64,000 nucleotides of DNA, from IMG/VR virus record IMGVR_UViG_3300013830_000006, positions 1 through 64,000 of that record, one strand, 5' to 3'. Shown here piece after piece: positions 9,201 through 17,965 of this stretch; the first letter of the stretch is position 1, and the number at the start of each line of letters is the position of its first letter. Source of the DNA: a virus (lineage: Duplodnaviria; Caudoviricetes). Both the position numbers and the translations under genes were made by a program. Below the pieces are notes generated by a model, which worked only from the letters and a program-made list of their open reading frames with translations, searched no databases and was not told the origin of the DNA.

Positions 9201-12187
9201 ATGAGAATTATAGAAAAGCGTGTCGTGAGTGCGCATTTGGCAGAATATTTATAACGTTTAAGCCTGCTGAATTAAGAAAGATCTTTAATATTAAGAAGTT
9301 TTCGAAAAAATTTATAGAAATAGCATTGTTTTCGGGAATCATGCACGAGCGTGGTCATACTTTTACACCTATGAAGTATTTTAATAAAATGCTTAATAGA
9401 GGAGTTTTTGATAAAACTTATACAGAGTTATATGCTAACATGTATGCTATTCCTAAAATACGTGAAAAACTTGAAGAATTAGGATTACCAACAAAGATTA
9501 CCAAAGAACAAGTTGCATCTGTATATGTAAGAGATAAACGTAATACTCCTTATCTTAAGAGTATGCCGGATATCGATATAGGTATAGGTATTAGTAAATT
9601 TAACAAATACATAACAGATGGTTATGATACTAATGTTCCTAATTATCCTGATGTTTCCAAATATTTGGATAAACCTATTTCAGTGAAAAATAAATTCAGT
9701 GTTAATGCAATTACCTCAATATTTGATAATCCATTTAACGTTATATCCGGCGCTATTGATAAAGTTAAATCAGTATTTGGTCTTGAAGGATTAGATCGTC
9801 CTGTTAAACCCAGATTAGGTAAAATACATTTCTACATTACTGTTACTTCTACCGGTGATGAACTTAATCCCAGTGCAGTTAAGATCAGAGGAATGCTAAT
9901 AGAAGTTAAATTAGGTCAGTCTCATGCAGTTATGAGAAGAGTACTTAATTATGATGGAATAACATTTAGAACTCAGGATCCTCAGAAGTTATCTAAATCT
10001 ATTTTAGAGAAAGCTTCTGATTATCTGCATTGTACTGAGCATAAGATTAAATCAGCTGATATTACAGTTATTCCTAATGCAGCTCCTCTTCCTCAGGATG
10101 TAGCTAAAGCCAGACCTATGACAGCAGAAGAATATGCTAAGGTAACTTCTAAATTGAATAATGAAGAAACACGTGTAGGCGGTAATGAATCTTTTGATGA
10201 ACCTATGATTTCATCAGAAAAACGTTATGAACCTAAACCTAATGATATTCATATTAAATTTGCTGATCGTGTTTTACATTTCAACAGGTATCCGTTAGAT
10301 AAATCTCTGATAGTAGCCGGATTAGATGCATACGATTTAACCGGATACAGTATGGCTGATTTTGAAGGTAAAGATGCTTACTTCAGTTTATTTGCTGAGA
10401 ATGGGTTAGCTGTTAACTATCTTAAAGGTATTGACAGTTTCTATGATCTGTTTGTAGACAATATGACTTATACCGTACTTAAACAGATGCATGAACCTAC
10501 CAATGTGAGAGATCTGTTATTAAGATGCGGTGTACTGTTATCTACTATTGATCATAGAGAAGCATCTTCAGGTGCTAACCATCGTATCAGAGGATATGAA
10601 CAGTTTAATGCTATTCTCTATAACGAGATGTCAAGAGAGTTTGCAGGATATCAGGCAAGACGCAGTAAGAATAATGCTTTCAGTATCAACCCTAAAGCAG
10701 TATATTTAAGAATAGTCCAGAATGAATCTACTATGCCAGCAGAGGCATCTAATCCTCTTGAAGATATTAAGATGTATTCTAATATTACTTATGGCGGTAT
10801 AGGCGGAAGAACTGGTGAATCATTCGTTACTAATGATAGACGTTTTGCTGCAGATGATATAGGTGTGTTAAGTGAAGCAACTGCTGACTCAGGTAAAGTT
10901 GGTATGAATGCTATGCTTTCATTCGATCCTACTGTAGTTAACACTTTAGGTGTTTGCGAATCCAAAGATCCACACACACTTAAGCCAGCTAATGTAATGT
11001 CAATACATTCATTATGTATGCCATTCGCTAACACTGACGATCCCCCTCGTGTTAACTTCAATTCTATTCAGTCAACGCACTTAATGGGAACTGAATACGT
11101 TAATAAGAACCGTGTGCGTACTGGATATGAACGAGTAGTAGCTCATCGTGTATCAGATGATTTTGCCGCAGTAGCAGAGAAAGATGGTAAAGTTACCAAG
11201 ATAGATCATGAAGCCAAACTTATGGAAGTTACCTACAATGATGGTACTAAAAATGTATTCCGTATAGATGATCAATATGAATATGCTGAATCTATAGTTA
11301 TACAGCAGAATCTGGTAACCAATTTCAAGGTAGGTGATAAGTTTAAGAAGCAGGATGTTCTTACTTATAATAAGAACTTTTTCACCAGAGATAATTTCAC
11401 TGGTCAGGCTGATTATACTACTGGTGTTATGACTAACGTAGTTTTCATCGAAACTGAAACTACTCTTGAAGACTCTACTGAGATATCGGAAGCATTATCC
11501 AAGAAGTTAGCTATTGATCCTGTCAATCCTAAAGTAATAACATTATCTGCTAAGTCTAAAGTATATAAAGCATTAAGTATTGGAGATAAGGTAGAGGTAT
11601 CTACACCGTTAATGGTATTCGAAGAGGATCCTGTTGGTGACGATAATGGACTTACTGTTGATGAAAGTACTGTTGAGTTACTTGGCGATCTTAATAGAGC
11701 TACACCTACTGCTGGATATAGTGGTGAGATAGTTCATATTGATGCTTACTATGGTGGAAGTATTTCTAATATGAATCCGTCAGTAGCTAAGTTAGTTAAC
11801 GCTGCTATAGCTGAAGTTAACGCTGCATCTAAATTAGCATCTGGAAGTATGAGAGCTAATGAGTTTATTAAATCAACTCAGGTACCGATAGGCAGTAAGT
11901 TTAAAGGAATAGAGTTTGATGAAGATACAGTGATGTTCATCTATTATATCAAAGAAAGAATACCTCATAGTACTGGTGATAAGTTAGTACTCTGTAATCA
12001 GCTTAAAGCTACTACAGCAGCTATCTTCCCTAAACCAGTTCAAACTGAATCAGGTGTACCTATTGACATGTTCTTTTCTCAAAGAGGTGTCAATGCACGT
12101 AAGTGTTTAAGTCCATTCCTGACTGGTATAATTTCAAGAATAATAGAGAAAACAGAAAAAAATATAATCAAAGATTATTTTGGATAA
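6203..12187 (+). CDS. Virion RNA polymerase beta-like subunit (phiKZ gp178-like) with a large internal insertion
   Basis: Beta motifs GGIGGRTGES, SEATADSGKVG, DDPPRVNFNSIQSTH, RTGYE, EDSTEIS, GDKL..NQLK. Confidence 0.85.
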   Translation: MYQMEDFDKLMWGDFDYKNRDFPEEATERMNEQRFAREYTVYKMGDLVNKIITLDKKFELPFNSILHVLDNVSYPDNYQDAPRVDENEFIQRESGKKFIYHIRELDTTGPIVYPDKFILRFAGLPTTLMKFRQQQGSNFRYLNKIEEFPTNNLYLIVVNHNPLFRMRMYGRLPYFRIMQQILASVFNTCDKLKYQHRHQFILLPWSSEVYDKSLFIRSRKELTPSTVRKPNSFHFIFMMHLVNFLWEKETTSMLEKLDDETLAQINIILKHNDKYLIFNLKKIKDFNAKNIIYYRFVNQLNLLALMGSEEAEKHQDTINQLIEENKSETENTTFEIKSPEDKTELDEVHQDTVINKLVSVIKPKKEIAPVRAAAAIKTYVPQPKEVMREVKPSGEQVVRRVAIVNKIANVSTISTKETKDTYAEEYVKDLDTETNDFIDNNEDLTPAAKQHFKKLAAKYKECKVDGVYISKLLLDHSDIGLEKEVLNEKVVGFAPDKSALESSTDTFEKSYREKTFKKHFAGVISSFQNKGVFLTDVKQEVIADPLNNYTLYTCSYEDIHSKKSTIKIKIPNIDSNDRFIADGNPMVIKKQRCALPIIKINDHEVALASNYNKTRVVRNTTKAHSFTGYVESFVNNKDKSTASIIFGSLDINEPISYEYCMMAKRFNEITFTNKDKFVLVFDYYHRFNHVKASQVSPEKVEKLENNYGTFFGYNTNDIFFIDNTNQVFAVNKKNFSEDVDFPYTSLLDLLKLSLRDGIEVKKALSEFLTIKILNAELPVMIMLAYRYGLRRMLDYIGIEYYITENRSKIIVSESTPATESFGVNSDRVAGSDELEILYGKDWIKPRNDSKPNIVITNRRAEQDETDYEILQNDRNKNDLTYSLPGTEDLKVFEEDGSTRILWQHLNAGMCIALIADPNPEYLNTDDEATEYARSIIKKYDRNGDLFLMTDDTWAKEICQKYHLDRHPDIVFRGGTVYCSCSGGTILLYEKLFEAFPEAFYENYRKACRECAFGRIFITFKPAELRKIFNIKKFSKKFIEIALFSGIMHERGHTFTPMKYFNKMLNRGVFDKTYTELYANMYAIPKIREKLEELGLPTKITKEQVASVYVRDKRNTPYLKSMPDIDIGIGISKFNKYITDGYDTNVPNYPDVSKYLDKPISVKNKFSVNAITSIFDNPFNVISGAIDKVKSVFGLEGLDRPVKPRLGKIHFYITVTSTGDELNPSAVKIRGMLIEVKLGQSHAVMRRVLNYDGITFRTQDPQKLSKSILEKASDYLHCTEHKIKSADITVIPNAAPLPQDVAKARPMTAEEYAKVTSKLNNEETRVGGNESFDEPMISSEKRYEPKPNDIHIKFADRVLHFNRYPLDKSLIVAGLDAYDLTGYSMADFEGKDAYFSLFAENGLAVNYLKGIDSFYDLFVDNMTYTVLKQMHEPTNVRDLLLRCGVLLSTIDHREASSGANHRIRGYEQFNAILYNEMSREFAGYQARRSKNNAFSINPKAVYLRIVQNESTMPAEASNPLEDIKMYSNITYGGIGGRTGESFVTNDRRFAADDIGVLSEATADSGKVGMNAMLSFDPTVVNTLGVCESKDPHTLKPANVMSIHSLCMPFANTDDPPRVNFNSIQSTHLMGTEYVNKNRVRTGYERVVAHRVSDDFAAVAEKDGKVTKIDHEAKLMEVTYNDGTKNVFRIDDQYEYAESIVIQQNLVTNFKVGDKFKKQDVLTYNKNFFTRDNFTGQADYTTGVMTNVVFIETETTLEDSTEISEALSKKLAIDPVNPKVITLSAKSKVYKALSIGDKVEVSTPLMVFEEDPVGDDNGLTVDESTVELLGDLNRATPTAGYSGEIVHIDAYYGGSISNMNPSVAKLVNAAIAEVNAASKLASGSMRANEFIKSTQVPIGSKFKGIEFDEDTVMFIYYIKERIPHSTGDKLVLCNQLKATTAAIFPKPVQTESGVPIDMFFSQRGVNARKCLSPFLTGIISRIIEKTEKNIIKDYFG

Positions 12188-12195
12188 AATAAGAA

Positions 12196-12235
12196 GTAGC
12201 CCTCTCAGCTTCTCAGCTGAGCAGGGCTACCTTTT
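12196..12235. terminator. Hairpin terminator between convergent genes
   Basis: GTAGCCCT-CTCAGCT/AGCTGAG-C-AGGGCTAC followed by TTTT. Confidence 0.7.
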
Positions 12236-12255
12236 AAGACAAAATACTAATTGCC

Positions 12256-12630
12256 TTATTTGCGCGTATACTTACGTACACGCTTCAAAGTAAATGAAGA
12301 CGTATCCTTGAGAACAATTACTGCTTCTTGTCCAATGACAGAATACGATCTTCTAATGTCCCTGATAAATTCCTCGGTAGAAGGATATATAACAGAATGG
12401 TTCTTCAGGTCCCACTCTTCTGGCTTAGCTGATTCCGTCCAGTTGATATCCTTAATCCACTTGCCATCAGCTTTACGAATTATCGTAGTGGCAAACAGTC
12501 TACCGTTCTCAAAATAAGCCGGAAATTGCACCTCAGACACTCCATCTTCCACCTGCAAAAGATCATCGGGAGAGATGTAAGAGAAGTACGGCTGCTTGGA
12601 TACAACCAATTTAATTCGTTGTTTATTCAT
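12256..12630 (-). CDS. Hypothetical protein (start reassigned to MNKQRIK)
   Basis: GGAGG RBS before ATG at 12630; overlaps the stop of the upstream gene. Confidence 0.6.
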   Translation of the reverse strand: MNKQRIKLVVSKQPYFSYISPDDLLQVEDGVSEVQFPAYFENGRLFATTIIRKADGKWIKDINWTESAKPEEWDLKNHSVIYPSTEEFIRDIRRSYSVIGQEAVIVLKDTSSFTLKRVRKYTRK

Positions 12631-12985
12631 TAGACCTCCAAAAACACTGATTAAAACACTCAGGCTCATCGCAAAACGGTTGATTGATTGGCGGAGCCAT
12701 GCCAGTACCATCAGCATCTTCGCCGTCATAATCAACAATCCGCGGATTAAAGTTGGTGACAACTTCAATCTGCTGAGAATTAACGTAGATCTCGAGCGTA
12801 CGTTTACCATGATACACGTATGCCTTAGGATCAATCTCAAGTCCATCTTCAACGGCATCATGAAGATCATAGCCGGTGATGGTCTCAAAGTTCCTACGAA
12901 AACCTAAATTGATGTCTTCATCATACTCAGAGCCAATACGATAGATTGCATAGAAATGCAAATCATCTCCTTCATAAATGTACAT
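12623..12985 (-). CDS. Acidic hypothetical protein (start MYIYEG)
   Basis: GAGG RBS; the longer GTG start lies inside a terminator hairpin. Confidence 0.6.
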   Translation of the reverse strand: MYIYEGDDLHFYAIYRIGSEYDEDINLGFRRNFETITGYDLHDAVEDGLEIDPKAYVYHGKRTLEIYVNSQQIEVVTNFNPRIVDYDGEDADGTGMAPPINQPFCDEPECFNQCFWRSNE

Positions 12986-13096
12986 ATTAACCTCGTTAGT
13001 TGGATGGATAAAAAAATAGCTCACCCAACAAGAATGTTGAATGAGCCATCTGCCTGACCTAATTCAATTCAGCATCAGGCTTGAAGAATTGTTGTT

Positions 13097-13360
13097 TTAG
13101 TTCTGCACCTCCTTGAGTTTGGACTCAAGTTCCTCTGCTTTCCTTGAGAGTTGATAAGCGTCATCTCTCAGGCAGAACGCCTCGTGGCGATACGACTGCG
13201 CATAGTCGTAGTCGTCACACCCTGGAAGTGAGTTCTCGGCATCGTATGCCATTCTCTCCTTCCATTCCGATTCTGCGATCAAAGCATCTGCTTTGTCGCA
13301 GAGTGCTTCAACCATAAGGGACAGGAGATGCGCCTCCTGCTTCTTGGTAGTTCTCGCCAT
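13097..13360 (-). CDS. Hypothetical coiled-coil protein (start MARTTKK)
   Basis: AGGGGG RBS right after the upstream stop. Confidence 0.6.
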   Translation of the reverse strand: MARTTKKQEAHLLSLMVEALCDKADALIAESEWKERMAYDAENSLPGCDDYDYAQSYRHEAFCLRDDAYQLSRKAEELESKLKEVQN

Positions 13361-13368
13361 ATTCCCCC

Positions 13369-13629
13369 CTATTCCAAAGTCCAGTACCTCTCTTCCCCGC
13401 AAACTGGGAGGAGCGAGGGACCGTAGTTGAAGAGAGCCTTGGCCTCTTCAACCGTCGACGGGACATCAACATCTCTTTCAGTAGACCACTCCTGCCCGTC
13501 GCTGAGAGTGTACTCAAAAGCTTTGAGAGTTCCAAGTGCCTTGAGTTCCTGAAGAGCCTTAACCTGCTCTTCATAGGTGCCGTTCTTAAAGGCGGCGGTA
13601 GCCTTAGAGAGTACTTCGTCTCTAGTCAT
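13369..13629 (-). CDS. Hypothetical protein
   Basis: GAGGA RBS; small-gene cassette. Confidence 0.6.
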   Translation of the reverse strand: MTRDEVLSKATAAFKNGTYEEQVKALQELKALGTLKAFEYTLSDGQEWSTERDVDVPSTVEEAKALFNYGPSLLPVCGEERYWTLE

Positions 13630-13708
13630 GATTAATTCCTCAAAAAGGCACGCTTACTAAGTATTGCATGATCCAGACGCGTGCCAATAATCTGAATCAA
13701 ACTTTTTG

Positions 13709-14032
13709 TCAGTCGACCTCTACAGCACCATCACAGTACTGTACGTTATCGCGTACGTACTCTATGACAGTGTCAGTGTTGAGACAGGGCCGATGATAAA
13801 CTACCTTGATGGGTTCATCAGAGTCCGAGTCCACAGGGAGGTCTTCATTGTAGACCTCCTTGGTCCAGTCCCAAAGTCCGCTGACTGGATCGCGGACATA
13901 GGTCTCTACATAACTCTTCTTCCAGTCAGGAGAAGAGTATGAGCAGTGAATTGCCTTGCAAAGTTGCTCAACCTTTGCAATCTTCTCTGCTGTTAACAGA
14001 GAATGACCGTAGAAAATACCAAGACAATTCAT
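13709..14032 (-). CDS. Hypothetical protein, first gene of a putative early cassette
   Basis: AGGAGG RBS; TATATATTAT motif about 70 nt upstream. Confidence 0.6.
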   Translation of the reverse strand: MNCLGIFYGHSLLTAEKIAKVEQLCKAIHCSYSSPDWKKSYVETYVRDPVSGLWDWTKEVYNEDLPVDSDSDEPIKVVYHRPCLNTDTVIEYVRDNVQYCDGAVEVD

Positions 14033-14101
14033 GGCATTTCCTCCTTTAAGTCAATGAGAAGAAAACGAGGAGTATAATACTAAATACCCTCAACCACGCA
14101 T

Positions 14102-14111
14102 ATAATATATA
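14102..14111 (-). promoter_or_regulatory. Putative early promoter motif TATATATTAT (representative copy)
   Basis: Same or near-identical 10-mer upstream of at least 12 minus-strand units; resembles the phiKZ early motif TATATTAC. Confidence 0.6.
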
Positions 14112-14149
14112 GTTGAATAATTGTTGATTTTTCTGAGTTGGGTAATGAT

Positions 14150-14602
14150 ATGGCTTTTGAATATTTGGAGTTAAGAGATAAAATGTCTTGGATTGGATAT
14201 AGAAAGTATAAGTTATCCTTATGGGATAGAATCAAATTATTACTGTCAGGCTGTGGTAGTCATAAAGAAAGTGCTGAGTTTAGATTAGTATCGGTACTGA
14301 CTAATAACGATTTTCATTCGTATTCTTTAGATCCCAATGCACACGGATTTTCTTCAAATTGGGAATTAAAAAATGGTTGGTCCTTCGTACACATACCAGT
14401 AAAAACATTTAAACCTTATTTACATGAATATAGAACCTGCAAATTGAATATTGTTTGTGATTACGGTTTTATTTCATCTAATCCTAATGATACTTCAATG
14501 GTTACCTTAATAGGAACTATTCTAGCAGCATCACAGCCTGACACTACTGGTCCTTTAAATTTGGTTACCTGGTTAGAAAAAACTTTTACCAAAGTAGGAT
14601 AA
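14150..14602 (+). CDS. Hypothetical protein
   Basis: ORF from ATG 14150, followed by a hairpin at 14609-14640. Confidence 0.55.
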   Translation: MAFEYLELRDKMSWIGYRKYKLSLWDRIKLLLSGCGSHKESAEFRLVSVLTNNDFHSYSLDPNAHGFSSNWELKNGWSFVHIPVKTFKPYLHEYRTCKLNIVCDYGFISSNPNDTSMVTLIGTILAASQPDTTGPLNLVTWLEKTFTKVG

Positions 14603-14683
14603 CAATAAATAGTTATGCAGATTTAGGTCTGCATAACTATATTGACATAATGTAGATTTAGATGTCAAGTGAGGGTTTTATTT

Positions 14684-15253
14684 ATGAGTTATATAACTGT
14701 TTTAGGAATAGATCCTGGTATTCACAATTGCGGTATTGCTTATAACAAATACGATCCTAAAACCGGAGTCATGACAGTTGCGGATTATTTTACCATTCAT
14801 GCAGCTGAGTTAGCTAAGAAAGAAAACAAGCGTGTATTTAAAGATTACGGAACGGTGTTCTCTTTACTCTTATTAGAAAGAGAAATGAAAGCTATCTTAA
14901 CTAAGTACAATCCTGATTATGTAGCAAGCGAAGACGCATTCTATTCACCTCGTACTCCTAATGCGTATGTATCATTGAAGTTCTGTATCAATTCCATTCA
15001 GAGAGTACTGTTTCAGGATTTCAATAAGAAGTTATATAAGATACCTCCTAAGTTAGCTAAGGCAGCAGTATCACAGGGCACAGCTGATAAGGTAGCAATA
15101 CAGACCAGCATTCGTAATCTTCCTGATATTAAACTTAAAGATACTAAGTGTCGTCCTTTAGATGAAATGGTAGAACATGAAGCTGATGCTATAACTATAG
15201 CTTATGCATTTACTAAGAATATATTACCTAATATTTTATTAGCTCAAAAGTAA
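14684..15253 (+). CDS. ruvC: RuvC-like Holliday junction resolvase
   Basis: VLGIDPG, ASEDAF, K..V..G.ADK, HEADAI. Confidence 0.88.
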   Translation: MSYITVLGIDPGIHNCGIAYNKYDPKTGVMTVADYFTIHAAELAKKENKRVFKDYGTVFSLLLLEREMKAILTKYNPDYVASEDAFYSPRTPNAYVSLKFCINSIQRVLFQDFNKKLYKIPPKLAKAAVSQGTADKVAIQTSIRNLPDIKLKDTKCRPLDEMVEHEADAITIAYAFTKNILPNILLAQK

Positions 15254-15313
15254 ACAAAATATGCACTTCACTGCTCAATGAAGTGCATACTATTAAAATA
15301 ATAGTTAATTTAT

Positions 15314-16228
15314 TCAATCGCAATAATCGTCGGATCTATCGTCATAGATTATTTCGTTGTAACTTTCATCACTGGCAGTAGGATCTGTATACTGACAGTT
15401 TCTTCTGCCATAGCAAAGATCTTCGTTTTCAGGTATATTGGCGCAAATGTCTACGCCGCCACCACTTAATGGGAATAGAACCCATTTATGCTCAAACGGT
15501 TCATTTAAGATCCAGTCACATTCTTTATCACTTCCTATACATGCGAAATCTTTAATTTCATAAGCACCGATTCTTGGGATCCATAGACCAAATGTTCTAA
15601 ATAATTTTTTAACATATTGTCTGAATTTTTCATCATAAGTATTAAGATATATTTCAAAACTACGTATACCAAGCTCTAGTTTCTCAGACCTAGGATAATA
15701 GTAAGAATATAATCCGTAATCTATATCAGATCGTCCAAGAGAATTTGACTGTACTTCATACATTAGTGTGAAAAATGTATTAGCTCCTTGTTCAAGATTT
15801 GCTAAGTATGGATCGTTAACTATTTTAATTTGTTTTAAAGTGTATCCTGAAACAGGTTCGCTATCAGCTTTTAGCAGATGATACAAACCATCAGCGTCAA
15901 AATTACAACCAAATACTCTGAGAACAGTTAATCTGGATTTTTCAGGTACAAAGACTTTAATAGATTTTTTTTCAGAATCTGTCTTATCAAGACAACGCAG
16001 ATTCATTTTGCCGTTTTTATAAAATTCTAAATCGAAAGTAGGATAAATTTTTCCTTTATACTTTAATTCTGTTTCAGTAGAAGTATCGTTAAGAACTACT
16101 TCACCGGTCATATCTATTACAGATAAGCCGTTAAGCCATTTGGTTTCATCTGGAAGTCCGCTGTTAGTAAAACTCGCATAGCGAACACATGCTGGGTTAT
16201 CAATGGAAATACTTTTGAATAAATACAT
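15314..16228 (-). CDS. Hypothetical protein
   Basis: 304-aa ORF with AGGAG RBS. Confidence 0.6.
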   Translation of the reverse strand: MYLFKSISIDNPACVRYASFTNSGLPDETKWLNGLSVIDMTGEVVLNDTSTETELKYKGKIYPTFDLEFYKNGKMNLRCLDKTDSEKKSIKVFVPEKSRLTVLRVFGCNFDADGLYHLLKADSEPVSGYTLKQIKIVNDPYLANLEQGANTFFTLMYEVQSNSLGRSDIDYGLYSYYYPRSEKLELGIRSFEIYLNTYDEKFRQYVKKLFRTFGLWIPRIGAYEIKDFACIGSDKECDWILNEPFEHKWVLFPLSGGGVDICANIPENEDLCYGRRNCQYTDPTASDESYNEIIYDDRSDDYCD

Positions 16229-16315
16229 TTTAGTCTCCTTAAATTAACTAACACATAAAAGATATACATCCTCTGTCTCAGAGGATGTATATCCTATATT
16301 AAAACTAAAATTTAT

Positions 16316-17086
16316 TTAGTTCCATTTCTCTGAGTCGTTTTTGTCAAAACGCTCTTTATGCTTCTTACCCTTCTTAGCACCATCGTCATGACAATCAATA
16401 AATGCATTGACAAGAGAGTTGTTGAAAGAAGGCTCGAGCTTACCAAAATCAATTCCAAGAATAGCAGGTTTCTGCCTCTTCTCGAACTTAGGACGCTCGG
16501 AGTTAGACACTACTACCAGATTCTCTCCATCAAACTTAACGTCTAACAGCATATTGGTTTTAGTATTCATATTGAAGTATGCAATCTCATACTCTCTGTC
16601 TTTATCAGCAATAAGTACAGAAGGCTGACACTCATCCTGAACTGTCTTACCGTTCTTAAGAGTAATGATCTTATCACTCTTGAGACATCCAGAAATAAGA
16701 GTATTGCCTAAAGAATACTGTTTAGCATTACGGAAACGAGTACGGGTACGAGGATCCATATTGCTCAGATAAATAAAGCACTTATCGTTGTTACCAAGTT
16801 CTTCAGTTGCCCATCCCTGTTTGAATCTCTTGACTTCACCTTTGTAGCAGGGGTTGAGATAAGTTACACTGTCAGTTAAACCAATACGATTGTGAATAAG
16901 GAAGTACTTACGAACACGCTCTTCAGGCTTCTTATCGTACTCCTTCCTGAAGTAACCGATGTCGAGACCATAAAGAGTCTTCTCCTCATTGTCCTTACCA
17001 GTTACCTTGAAAGAAGATAACGGAGCACCCTCAGCGATGAATACCTCACCGTTCTGATCATATGGATTGAGAGTAAAAATTTTCAT
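16316..17086 (-). CDS. Hypothetical protein with charged C-terminal tail
   Basis: 256-aa ORF; downstream hairpin near 16261-16293. Confidence 0.65.
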   Translation of the reverse strand: MKIFTLNPYDQNGEVFIAEGAPLSSFKVTGKDNEEKTLYGLDIGYFRKEYDKKPEERVRKYFLIHNRIGLTDSVTYLNPCYKGEVKRFKQGWATEELGNNDKCFIYLSNMDPRTRTRFRNAKQYSLGNTLISGCLKSDKIITLKNGKTVQDECQPSVLIADKDREYEIAYFNMNTKTNMLLDVKFDGENLVVVSNSERPKFEKRQKPAILGIDFGKLEPSFNNSLVNAFIDCHDDGAKKGKKHKERFDKNDSEKWN

Positions 17087-17176
17087 CTTATTATTTGTTA
17101 GACCTTTAAGTTGAATTAATCCGGATTAAGTAAGCTTAGCTAATTTAGCTTAAGCATTACATGATGGATATAATAT

Positions 17177-17424
17177 GCAACATATTTACTGATCATTGCT
17201 AGCTTCTTATTTTACGATTTTTAACTATCGTTAATCAATCGTTTCCCAATAAGAAGATAAAGTGGTGATAATGCTCTGTATTACACCCGAAGCAGGTGAT
17301 GACGTCAGCAGCGTGACCTCCTACACGTGTGTTGATCAGGGACATCATCTGTAATATAGAGCTAAGGCGCCATGATGATTACGACGTAAAACAGTTGTTA
17401 TCTTTGGTTTGATAAATGTGTTGT
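17177..17424 (+). ncRNA. Candidate structured ncRNA (~250 nt)
   Basis: Closing stem GCAACATATTTA/TAAATGTGTTGT encloses two long hairpins; the mismatches checked are G-U on the + strand. Confidence 0.5.
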
Positions 17425-17429
17425 TTTAT

Positions 17430-17469
17430 GACCCTCCTCCCCCAATGGCGAGAACCGGGGAGGAGGGTC
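17430..17469. terminator. Strong GC hairpin
   Basis: GACCCTCCTCCCC/GGGGAGGAGGGTC perfect 13-bp stem. Confidence 0.65.
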
Positions 17470-17482
17470 GCCTTTGTCTCTC

Positions 17483-17965
17483 TTATCTCTTCAACTTACT
17501 AAAGCAGCTCAGTCCATCACTGCATTTAGATGCACTGAACCACTCCCAAATCATTCTAAAATTAACTAACTTACCCTTACCTACTGTATCTCCTATCCAC
17601 TTCAAAGTCATTTGCTCAGAGTTATCATGATCCTTAAGAAAATAAGTATGATACAGTCCTACTAATGTAGTGATAGCATCAGGAATAGAACTGCACTGCG
17701 ATGATAACCAGGCTAAACATACTAACGAGATGTTAGGCTGCATATGCATAATGTAATCACAGGAAGTAGCATTGTAGTCAGTATGACTAACATGACTGAT
17801 CATGTTAATGATTTCCTGAGGAGGTAACTTCTTATGCTCTAAACTGATGAAATAATCGAACAGTGTGTTCATATCTTTTGAGCCACTGTTAACTGCCTTC
17901 ATCTTGCTGATGAATTCATCAGCTAATTCTACAGGTGTCTGACCTGCTCTTGTTTTAAGTTCCAT
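17483..17965 (-). CDS. Hypothetical protein coupled to recJ
   Basis: ATG directly follows the recJ TAA. Confidence 0.6.
   Translation of the reverse strand: MELKTRAGQTPVELADEFISKMKAVNSGSKDMNTLFDYFISLEHKKLPPQEIINMISHVSHTDYNATSCDYIMHMQPNISLVCLAWLSSQCSSIPDAITTLVGLYHTYFLKDHDNSEQMTLKWIGDTVGKGKLVNFRMIWEWFSASKCSDGLSCFSKLKR

Noticed and set aside
8640-10210. Intein in the vRNAP subunit
   Set aside because: No recognisable intein N-terminal block, HN-C/S/T end or endonuclease motif.
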